Of a stretch of 54,174 nt of DNA, positions 11,459 to 22,700 are shown piece after piece (position 1 is the stretch's first letter; every line of letters starts with the position of its first letter). Source of the stretch: Nemertoderma westbladi (Eukaryota > Animalia > Xenacoelomorpha). Both the position numbers and the translations under genes were made by a program. A model generated the notes under the pieces. That model ran no database searches and was not told where the DNA came from. It saw only the letters and a list, made by a program, of their open reading frames with translations. The DNA is taken from positions 1 through 54,174 of the forward strand of contig JAUCBJ010002699.1 of assembly GCA_032718475.1 (NCBI GenBank), written 5' to 3'.

Positions 11459-13500
11459 TTATTTTCTTGATCTTCTAAATATTATATTGAAATTTACAGC
11501 TTTGCGTAAACTACCGATGAATAGATACATGAGGTAAAAATTTAAACTCTAGGAAATAAACAAACAATTACGTATTGATGATACCGTACTTCAATAGATT
11601 GCTCGGCAATTTCCCATTTTACGTTTTTTCATAATAATGTCATTCATAATAAGCTGGGAATGCATTAGCCATAAAATTATGTTTGTATTTATATATTATA
11701 TACCAAACAATGTAAAGAATAGCTTTTAGGTTCATTAGAACTCCAGTTATTAGCATCATACTGGCTGCTGCTAACATTTTATTATTCAATGAGGAATTTT
11801 GATTAAACTTCTTTACTTTCCTTAATTTAAATATAATAAGAAAGTTAATAATGAATCGAGAGTACACGTTTATTACCAAAACATTTTGGTTTTCGTGGTA
11901 AAATTAATTAATTATTTATTTAGTAACAGCACAATTTTTTTTTAAATTAATAATATTCTAGTAACTTAATTTATAAAACAATAATGAGTTAAAAATCATG
12001 TAGGTTGATGTTCATAGTTCATTAAAAACAGGGCAGCCTTCAGCTTCGACAATCCACGAGGAAATGAGGTGCAATTAATGTAATGGGTGGCTTCTGTTGC
12101 TTGGCAACTGCATAAACAGCAAATGCATGAATCGATAGGTGACCAGCTGTTCGGTGTGGAACATAGCTTATGGTGGCAACCGTTTGACACTAGCTGTGCC
12201 ATTGATCGCCGCCGATAGCCTGTTAAACCCGCTAAGTTAGTGTCAGAGCTCGAAGCGTTGTCAATTGATTCTAGAATAGGGGTGGACCGGGCATATTTCG
12301 AGATTCCGCACCACATTTTCCAGTAAAAGGCACGTACTTTACGTATATGTTCCAAAGAGTTAATATTATCTTTTGTGGTGAATATATCACAACCATATGT
12401 TACTGTCGGAAGGACAATAGCTATGTATAATTTCCTAGCGGTTTCCATGTTAGTCATTGGTAGGTTAACTTTGGTGGCGATTCGAGCACAACATGCTATA
12501 CCTTTCTTATATAAGTGTGTGTAGTGTTTGCTGGCGCCGTTCTTTGTGGATAGTACCACTCCTAGATATTCGAAACTATCACAAAATTCTATACTTTGTC
12601 CCATATATGTCAATATATCTGATCTTGCCGGGTGTCCACCTCTCCTGAATTTTACGGCTTTTGTTTTCGACAAATTGACTGTCAGATTGTTTACCCTGCA
12701 GTATTCAGCAAGTTTATCCAGTGATTCTTGTACATCAGCTATTGTTTGTCCAGCGATTACAAGGTCGTCCTTAATAAAGTTAATAATAGTTCCACCAAGA
12801 ACTTGTATACTTATCCTAATGGGAAAAGATATTCTAGAAACTGGTAAGCCCTGTTAATATGAACGTTATTATGCCATCCAATAATTTTCAATTGCCCAAT
12901 ATTGCGTCTTTTCATCAACATATTTTATTACTGGCTGATATTATATTGCGTAAGGCCAATACAAGCATGAAGTATATATCAATAAAAATATTAGAATCAA
13001 TTAAATCATATTTTTGTTTTTTTAATTTTGTATCTCTATACCAAATGGGTGAATACGCCGCTAATACGCGTTCTACACCCATAACTGATATGAGTGAGTA
13101 ATCTCCAAACTGTATAAACCAATACAACATCGGCCAATAAACCTGAGATATCCAATAAACAATATTATGACAATGGCGGTATGTAATTATAACACCATTA
13201 ACATATTCTATCTCTGTAATGTTACTGAACCAATCCATGTTGTTCCCATGAAATAATAATGCACCAATAGACTGATATTAGAACATCAAAAACAAACTTA
13301 ACAATTAACATTTTATAAAAAAGACTATTAAATGACTTTTGAAGAGTAATACAGTAGTGGCAATAATAAGAACATTTCCAACAAGACCGAAAATGTTATA
13401 TATCAATATTAATGGTGTGAGAATATATTTATTGATGAAATTCCTAATGCCTAGCACATCGTCAATCAATTTGATTGTGTTATTAAGTTCATATCACCAT
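11459..13500 (-). pseudogene. Intronless rhodopsin-family (class A) GPCR pseudogene, interrupted by a LINE
   Basis: Manual translation across frameshifts/stops gives ordered helices: TM1 LIYNIFGLVGNVLII (~13360-13410), TM2 LIVKFVFDVLISV, TM3 LISVMGVERVLAAYSPIWYR, TM4 LILIFLLIYTSCLYWP, TM5 QVLGGTIINF|LIIFKLRK, TM6 AASMMLITGVLMNL, TM7 SLNFYLMYLFIGSLRKAV, stop at 11459-11461. Confidence 0.85.
11853..12775 (-). mobile_element. 5'-truncated RTE-X-like LINE inserted in the GPCR
   Basis: Frame starts at the RT 'DD' (DDLVIAGQ...VNLSKTKAVKFRRGG...FEYLGV) and ends with a Cys/His cluster; AATAAA near the 3' end; 12-bp TSD AAAGTTAATAAT at 11841-11852 and 12776-12787. Confidence 0.85.
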
Positions 13501-13544
13501 TATTTATTTTATCATTATGGTGTAGATTTGATTGTAGATTTGGT

Positions 13545-14050
13545 GTGGTTCCAGAACGCCATCGCAAGAGACTACGAAGGGAGCAAAGTCTGCTCTCCTC
13601 TGTCTCTCTGGTTCCGCATATAGAGCGGTTTTAGCATCATCCGCAGATTCTAGGGCCCTCATCGGGGGGCGTCCCGCATACGACTCAGCGTCAAGGTTTA
13701 CGACCATGATATCTAACAACGCCTGAGTCTGCGGGTTCAATGCCCACTGAACTCCTACATCACAACAAAGTCCGGCCTCTCCACTTAATCCGGGCTGGTC
13801 TCTGACTATGGTTTCACGTGTCACATTTAATGTCCAAATGCTGGAGAGGCCAGATCCCCAACAACGTCACAAGGTTCATTATGTCTTTGGATTATGAGAC
13901 CGCCTTTTTTACAGTTGAGGCCATGATTTAGATCAAATCCGGCCCCACATCCGTCACATCTTGCTGGAACAGTGAGCAGATTGCGTCCGTAATGTATGGG
14001 CAAGGCATTGAAATACATCCTCCTGTTCAATGATCTACTGAGCACTGTAC
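13545..14050 (-). mobile_element. CRE-like non-LTR retrotransposon fragment (Zn knuckle + restriction-like endonuclease)
   Basis: CDGCG..FDLNHGLNCKKGGLIIQRHN, then decayed PD..D region, DAESY, K..Y and FAPFVVSCDG; GC-richer than flanks. Confidence 0.8.
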
Positions 14051-15159
14051 CACCTGGCAGTGTGCTGAGGGCAATGCACCTCTGGCTTTATCGAACTTAA
14101 TTGACTCTCGTGTGAGTAATTCATATCAGGCCATTTAGCGCTCTTCTCATATCAACAAGAAGCAATACGATTGGTGAAAGTTAGTATGGCTGTCTCCCAG
14201 TGCTGGTAGTCTTACAGCAGTACATATCGACCACAAAGGTTGTTTGCTTAACTTGCTTGAGTGAGTGAACATTTTTAAATTTATAATTAGACGCCATTCC
14301 ATCCCTACAGGTGGTTTTTATACAGTCCGATCGATGACTGACACTGTTGTTGTGTATATTTGCATATAATATAAAATAACAAGCATTAAATTACTTATTA
14401 TTTATTTAAAATCTTTGTTATCATCGCGCAATTATTTACAATAGGTAGAATAAATACAAATTACTTTAAAAATTTCAACTATCACCAAAATTTGCGAGTA
14501 TTTAAGTGAGGATAATTTAATTGCACAGCATGAAACTAGGACAATAAATAATTACATTATTATATTCGAATAATTATTATTGATTCCAACAAAAACTAAA
14601 ACTGAAAAAAAATTGGTTTTAATTATAATTAACCAGTAGTTGTAAACCAGTAATAAAATTACAAAAATAATGCAGGCAACAGTGATTAATAAACACATAA
14701 ATCTCAGTTGAAGAAGTACAAAGGCATTCCAATAATTGTTTATGTATATAGAACATGAATATTTCAAGATTCATCAGCATTCCCATATATTTTTAGCTCC
14801 TTCTATTTTGTTATTATTGACAATGTCTCAATTTTTAGGAACTGGAACTGAACCATATCTACATTTGAAGCACCATTTGTTATCAATAATTAAGCAGTTA
14901 GTTAATAGTCGTTCAGTTAATTAGCCATTATTCTATAATAAAGACAACCGTGCCACATATTATGGGAGATGGTCGGTAGTTTTAATGTTTATGAGACATT
15001 GAGTGCGGTATGTTATAGGACATGGTATATTTTATACCATGTCCATGGTTTATTTTATGAATCATCTTATTATCAGTATTTTATTATTTGATAAGTTATG
15101 GAACGTGGTTTACATTCTGGGATATTGTGTATATTCTGGACATGGTGTGTATGTTATGT

Positions 15160-15547
15160 CAAGAAATCGAGGAAATCCAGTAAAGTACCTAACTGATATA
15201 GACATTGCTGATGACATAGGAGTGCTGTCGGAATCACTGGAGGGAGGCTAACGTCTTCTCTCCTCATTGGAAGGTCCATGTTGGTCTTTTTGTAAACTTT
15301 AATAAGACCACGATTTTGACAGTGAACGCTCCAGGGATGGCTTGCTTGAGCATGTGGCTTTTGCTACTTGGGATCATGGATCCGAAAGTCAGGTGAAGAC
15401 CTTCAGATACGTAAAGGGAATACATGGGCAGCATTGAATGATCTGTCCAGGATTTGGAAGTCCCATAGAATAAAATCAAATTTCAAGGTCCGATTATTTA
15501 GAGTAGCAGTAGAACCAGTACTCGTTTATGGGAGTTCATGCTGAGCT
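15160..15547 (+). mobile_element. RTE LINE RT fragment (catalytic region onward)
   Basis: KYLTDIDIADDIGVLSES..., VNFNKT, LLGSW, RLFRVAVEPVLVYGSSC. Confidence 0.8.
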
Positions 15548-15599
15548 AGTACTACGATCGGATTGCTGCATTGCAGCTGCATTATATATATCTCACACA

Positions 15600-15978
15600 T
15601 ATATAAAGAATGGTGTTGCTGTGCGGCTTCTCAACAAAATTGCGTTGCCACAACTATCATTATCACCAATGCCATTTGCTAGATCATCCGCATCTTCAAG
15701 GACAGTGTCCTTTAAGATGCGTCTCAAGAAAGTCATGGCCTGTCCACTATGCATATACGCTCCATGAGGCCACCAAAGCACAAGGTTATGCACTGGCTGG
15801 TCCTCATAGTGAAGGCAATTTCTTACAAAGCGGAGGCGGTTCCGTTCAAGTGTCAAACTAGGGGAGAATAATGGAACACCTTCAATGTTGTATAGAGTCT
15901 GATTGGAGATGTGCTCATTGTACTTGACACAATAGATCCGGTGCAGCATTCTTGTGACAGAGCCATCCAGAGATTTAT
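15600..15978 (-). mobile_element. RTE LINE 3' fragment, inverted relative to 15160-15547
   Basis: ORF 15593-15949, homologous to 666-929. Confidence 0.8.
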
Positions 15979-16164
15979 TATAGGAAGGGATCTAGGGGTC
16001 TTAACCTCGAATGATAAGTTTATTTTACCGAAAAATAACTTATCTTTTATTGGTGCAATTGTAGGACTAATCCCATCATATGCGTACTATTTAACCGGGT
16101 AGTGTAAAAATTTAGGATTTCTGTAATTTTTCTTGAAATTAATATCTCATATCTCTCCAAACCA

Positions 16165-16236
16165 CGTAAGCGTTTCGGATTCGAACCTGGGACCTCGAGG
16201 TGGAAGCCGAGACTACAACCACTAGGCGACAGGTTC
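16165..16236 (-). pseudogene. tRNA-like sequence (Gly-TCC-like pseudogene or SINE head)
   Basis: Minus strand shows A-box-like TCGCCTAGTGG, loop CTTCCAC and B box GGTTCGAATCC; the acceptor stem does not pair. Confidence 0.6.
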
Positions 16237-16749
16237 TTGAGATATGGGAGTATTAATTTCAAGAAGAGGTCATTAGAGGTATACATACGAAAGGCTCAGC
16301 AGGTGATGGGTTTTGTCTGTTATGGAATATTATTAATAAACTCATTCTGAGTTATGGGGTATAATCTGGGATATGGAGTATCCCAGTGATATGGTATATG
16401 TGATGGGATATAGTGTATGACTTGGTATAGTGCTACTTAATGAGGCTTGTGAAGTATTCAGTTAGTTTTACTTTAGGTATATCTCTTGCGTTTGTGTATA
16501 ATATGTCTTTGTCTGACTATGTGTGGAATAATTTTTCATATCTTCATATGTGAACTTTATTGAGTTAGACTAGATGTGTTATTATTCATTATCTATATTG
16601 GGTTCCGCAAAAATGTCTTCCAGGATTATGTTAGTGTTTCTTATATTTATATCTTACATCGTTATTTCTGGGAACTGTAAGTTGTACGATGATAGCAAAG
16701 AAGATACAGTCTGTAGTTAGAATACATCTCATAAGAGAGTAAAACAATT

Positions 16750-19700
16750 TAAATTTATTTTTGGTCTCAGACTGCTGTCGTTCTCCATTACATATTGAAT
16801 TTATTTTTGGTCTCAGACTGCTGTCGTTCTCCGTTACATATTGAATTTATTTTTGGTCTCAGACTGCTGTCTTTCTTCGTTACATATTGAATTTATTTTT
16901 GGTCTCAGACTGCTGTCGTTCTCCGTTACATATTGAATTTATTTTTGGTCTCAGACTGCTGTCGTTCTCCGTTACATATTGAATTTATTTTTGGTCTCAG
17001 ACTGCTGTCGTTCTCCGTTACCTATTGAATTTATTTTTGGTCTCAGACTGCTGTCGTTCTCCGTTACCTATTGAATTTATTTTTGGTCTCAGACTGCTGT
17101 CGTTCTCCGTTACATATTGAATTTATTTTTGGTCTCAGACTGCTGTCGTTCTCCGTTACATATTGAATTTATTTTTGGTCTCAGACTGCTGTCGTTCTCC
17201 GTTACCTATTGAATTTATTTTTGGTCTCAGACTGCTGTCGTTCTCCGTTACATATTGAATTTATTTTTGGTCTCAGACTGCTGTCGTTCTCCGTTACCTA
17301 TTGAATTTATTTTTGGTCTCAGACTGCTGTCGTTCTCCGTTACATATTGAATTTATTTTTGGTCTCAGACTGCTGTCGTTCTCCGTTACATATTGAATTT
17401 ATTTTTGGTCTCAGACTGCTGTCGTTCTCCGTTACCTATTGAATTTATTTTTGGTCTCAGACTGCTGTCGTTCTCCGTTACATATTGAATTTATTTTTGG
17501 TCTCAGACTGCTGTCGTTCTCCGTTACATATTGAATTTATTTTTGGTCTCAGACTGCTGTCGTTCTCCGTTACATATTGAATTTATTTTTGGTCTCAGAC
17601 TGCTGTCGTTCTCCGTTACATATTGAATTTATTTTTGGTCTCAGACTGCTGTCGTTACTCTGTTACATATTGAATTTATTTTTGGTCTCAGACTGCTGTC
17701 GTTCTCCGTTACATATTGAATTTATTTTTGGTCTTTGACTGCTGTCGTTACTCCGTTACATATTGAATTTATTTTTGGTCTTTGACTGCTGTCGTTACTC
17801 TGTTACATATTGAATTTATTTTTGGTCTCAGACTGCTGTCGTTCTCCGTTACATATTGAATTTATTTTTGGTCTCAGACTGCTGTCGTTCTCCGTTACAT
17901 ATTGAATTTATTTTTGGTCTCAGACTGCTGTTGTTCTCCGTTACATATTGAATTTATTTTTGGTCTCAGACTGCTGTCGTTCTCCGTTACATATTGAATT
18001 TATTTTTGGTCTCAGACTGCTGTCGTTCTCTGTTACATATTGAATTTATTTTTGGTCTCAGACTGCTGTCGTTCTCCGTTACATATTGAATTTGTTTTTG
18101 GTCTCAGACTGCTGTTGTTCTCCATTACATATTGAATTTATTTTTGGTCTCAGACTGCTGTCGTTCTCCGTTACATATTGAATTTATTTTTGGTCTCAGA
18201 CTGCTGTCGTTCTCCGTTACATATTGAATTTGTTTTTGGTCTCAGACTGCTGTTGTTCTCCATTACATATTGAATTTATTTTTGGTCTCAGACTGCTGTC
18301 GTTCTCTGTTACATATTGAATTTGTTTTTGGTCTCAGACTGCTGTCGTTCTCCGTTACATATTGAATTTATTTTTGGTCTCAGACTGCTGTTGTTCTCCA
18401 TTACATATTGAATTTATTTTTGGTCTCAGACTGCTGTCGTTCTCCGTTACATATTGAATTTGTTTTTGGTCTCAGACTGCTGTTGTTCTCCATTACATAT
18501 TGAATTTATTTTTGGTCTCAGACTGCTGTCGTTCTCCGTTACATATTGAATTTATTTTTGGTCTCAGACTGCTGTCGTTCTCCGTTACATATTGAATTTG
18601 TTTTTGGTCTCAGACTGCTGTTGTTCTCCATTACATATTGAATTTATTTTTGGTCTCAGACTGCTGTCGTTCTCCGTTACATATTGAATTTATTTTTGGT
18701 CTCAGACTGCTGTCGTTCTCCGTTACATATTGAATTTGTTTTTGGTCTCAGACTGCTGTTGTTCTCCATTACATATTGAATTTATTTTTGGTCTCAGACT
18801 GCTATCGTTCTCCGTTACATATTGAATTTATTTTTGGTCTCAGACTGCTGTCTTTCTTCGTTACATATTGAATTTATTTTTGGTCTCAGACTGCTGTCGT
18901 TCTCCATTACATATTGAATTTATTTTTGGTCTCAGACTGCTGTCGTTCTCCGTTACATATTGAATTTATTTTTGGTCTCAGACTGCTATCGTTCTCCGTT
19001 ACATATTGAATTTATTTTTGGTCTCAGACTGCTGTCGTTCTCCGTTACATATTGAATTTATTTTTGGTCTCAGACTGCTATCGTTCTCCGTTACATATTG
19101 AATTTGTTTTTGGTCTCAGACTGCTATCGTTCTCCGTTACATATTGAATTTGTTTTTGGTCTCAGACTGCTGTCGTTCTCCATTACATATTGAATTTATT
19201 TTTCGTCTCAGACTGCTATCGTTATCTGTTACATATTGAATTTATTTTTGGTCTCAGACTGCTATCGTTCTCTGTTACATATTGAATTTATTTTTGGTCT
19301 TAGACTGCTGTCGTTCTCCATTACATATTGAATTTATTTTTCGTCTCAGACTGCTATCGTTATCTGTTACATATTGAATTTATTTTTGGTCTCAGACTGC
19401 TATCGTTCTCTGTTACATATTGAATTTGTTTTTGGTCTCAGACTGCTGTCGTTCTCCATTACATATTGAATTTATTTTTCGTCTCAGACTGCTATCGTTA
19501 TCTGTTACATATTGAATTTGTTTTTGGTCTCAGACTGCTGTCGTTCTCCGTTACCTATTGAATTTATTTTTCGTCTCAGACTGCTATCGTTATCTGTTAC
19601 ATATTGAATTTATTTTTGGTCTCAGACTGCTATCGTTCTCTGTTACATATTGAATTTGTTTTTGGTCTCAGACTGCTGTCGTTCTCCATTACATATTGAA

Positions 19701-22700
19701 TTTATTTTTCGTCTCAGACTGCTATCGTTATCTGTTACATATTGAATTTGTTTTTGGTCTCAGACTGCTGTCGTTCTCCATTACATATTGAATTTATTTT
19801 TCGTCTCAGACTGCTATCGTTCTCTGTTACATATTGAATTTGTTTTTGGTCTCAGACTGCTGTCGTTCTCCATTACATATTGAATTTATTTTTCGTCTCA
19901 GACTGCTATCGTTATCTGTTACATATTGAATTTGTTTTTGGTCTCAGACTGCTGTCGTTCTCCATTACATATTGAATTTATTTTTCGTCTCAGACTGCTA
20001 TCGTTCTCCGTTACATATTGAATTTATTTTTGGTCTCAGACTGCTATCGTTATCTGTTACATATTGAATTTATTTTTGGTCTCAGACTGCTGTCGTTCTC
20101 CATTACATATTGAATTTATTTTTCGTCTCAGACTGCTATCGTTATCTGTTACATATTGAATTTATTTTTGGTCTCAGACTGCTATCGTTCTCTGTTACAT
20201 ATTGAATTTGTTTTTGGTCTCAGACTGCTGTCGTTCTCCATTACATATTGAATTTATTTTTCGTCTCAGACTGCTATCGTTATCTGTTACATATTGAATT
20301 TGTTTTTGGTCTCAGACTGCTGTCGTTCTCCATTACATATTGAATTTATTTTTCGTCTCAGACTGCTATCGTTCTCTGTTACATATTGAATTTGTTTTTG
20401 GTCTCAGACTGCTGTCGTTCTCCATTACATATTGAATTTATTTTTGGTCTCAGACTGCTATCGTTCTCTGTTACATATTGAATTTGTTTTTGGTCTCAGA
20501 CTGCTGTCGTTCTCCATTACATATTGAATTTATTTTTCGTCTCAGACTGCTATCGTTCTCTGTTACATATTGAATTTGTTTTTGGTCTCAGACTGCTGTC
20601 GTTCTCCATTACATATTGAATTTATTTTTCGTCTCAGACTGCTATCGTTATCTGTTACATATTGAATTTGTTTTTGGTCTCAGACTGCTGTCGTTCTCCA
20701 TTACATATTGAATTTATTTTTCGTCTCAGACTGCTATCGTTCTCCGTTACATATTGAATTTATTTTTGGTCTCAGACTGCTGTCGTTCTCCATTACATAT
20801 TGAATTTATTTTTCGTCTCAGACTGCTATCGTTATCTGTTACATATTGAATTTATTTTTGGTCTCAGACTGCTATCGTTATCTGTTACATATTGAATTTA
20901 TTTTTGGTCTCAGACTGCTATCGTTCTCTGTTACATATTGAATTTATTTTTGGTCTTAGACTGCTGTCGTTACTCCGTTACATATTGAATTTATTTTTGG
21001 TCTTTGACTGCTGTCGTTACTCCGTTACATATTGAATTTATTTTTGGTCTCAGACTGCTATCGTTCTCTGTTACATATTGAATTTATTTTTGGTCTTTGA
21101 CTGCTGTTGTTACTCCGTTACATATTGAATTTATTTTTGGTCTCAGACTGCTATCGTTCTCTGTTACATATTGAATTTATTTTTGGTCTTAGACTGCTGT
21201 CGTTACTCTGTTACATATTGAATTTATTTTTGGTCTTTGACTGCTGTCGTTACTCCGTTACATATTGAATTTATTTATGGTCTCAGACTGCTGTCGTTAC
21301 TCCATTACATATTGAATTTATTTTTAGTCTTTGACTGCTGTCGTTACTCCGTTACATATTGAATTTATTTTTGGTCTCAGACTGCTGTCGTTCTCCGTTA
21401 CATATTGAATTTATTTTTGGTCTCAGACTGCTATCGTTCTCTGTTACATATTGAATTTATTTTTGGTCTTTGACTGCTGTCGTTACTCCGTTACATATTG
21501 AATTTATTTTTGGTCTTAGACTGCTATCGTTCTCTGTTACATATTGAATATATTTTTGGTCTCAGACTTCTGTCGTTACTCCGTTACATATTGAATTTAT
21601 TTTTGGTCTTAGACTGCTATCGTTCTCTGTTACATATTGAATATATTTTTGGTCTCAGACTTCTGTCGTTACTCCGTTATATATTGAATTTATTTTTGGT
21701 CTCAGACTGCTATCGTTCTCTGTTACATATTGAATTTATTTTTGGTCTCAGACTGCTATCGTTCTCTGTTACATATTGAATTTATTTTTGGTCTCAGACT
21801 GCTATCGTTCTCTGTTACATATTGAATTTATTTTTGGTCTCAGACTGCTGTCGTTACTCCGTTACATATTGAATTTATTTTTGGTCTCAGACTGCTGTCG
21901 TTCTCCGTTACATATTGAATTTGTTTTTGGTCTCAGACTGCTGTCGTTCTCCGTTACATATTGAATTTATTTTTGGTCTCAGACTGCTGTCGTTCTCCGT
22001 TACATATTGAATTTATTTTTGGTCTCAGACTGCTGTCGTTCTCCGTTACATATTGAATTTATTTTTGGTCTCAGACTGCTATCGTTCTCTGTTACATATT
22101 GAATTTATTTTTGGTCTCAGACTGCTGTCTTTCTTCGTTACATATTGAATTTATTTTTGGTCTCAGACTGCTGTCGTTCTCCATTACATATTGAATTTAT
22201 TTTTGGTCTCAGACTGCTATCGTTACTCCGTTATATATTGAATTTATTTTTGGTCTTTGACTGCTGTTGTTACTCCGTTACATATTGAATTTATTTTTGG
22301 TCTCAGACTGCTGTCGTTCTCCGTTACATATTGAATTTATTTTTGGTCTCAGACTGCTATCGTTCTCTGTTACATATTGAATTTATTTTTGGTCTCAGAC
22401 TGCTGTCTTTCTTCGTTACATATTGAATTTATTTTTGGTCTCAGACTGCTGTCGTTCTCCATTACATATTGAATTTATTTTTGGTCTCAGACTGCTATCG
22501 TTACTCCGTTATATATTGAATTTATTTTTGGTCTTTGACTGCTGTTGTTACTCCGTTACATATTGAATTTATTTTTGGTCTCAGACTGCTGTCGTTCTCC
22601 GTTACATATTGAATTTATTTTTGGTCTCAGACTGCTGTCGTTACTCCGTTATATATTGAATTTATTTTTGGTCTTTGACTGCTGTTGTTACTCCGTTACA

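Noticed and set aside
16764-16772. GTCT-C-AGAC dyad (SMAD-site-like) in each monomer
   Set aside because: A short motif multiplied by array amplification; no evidence of binding.
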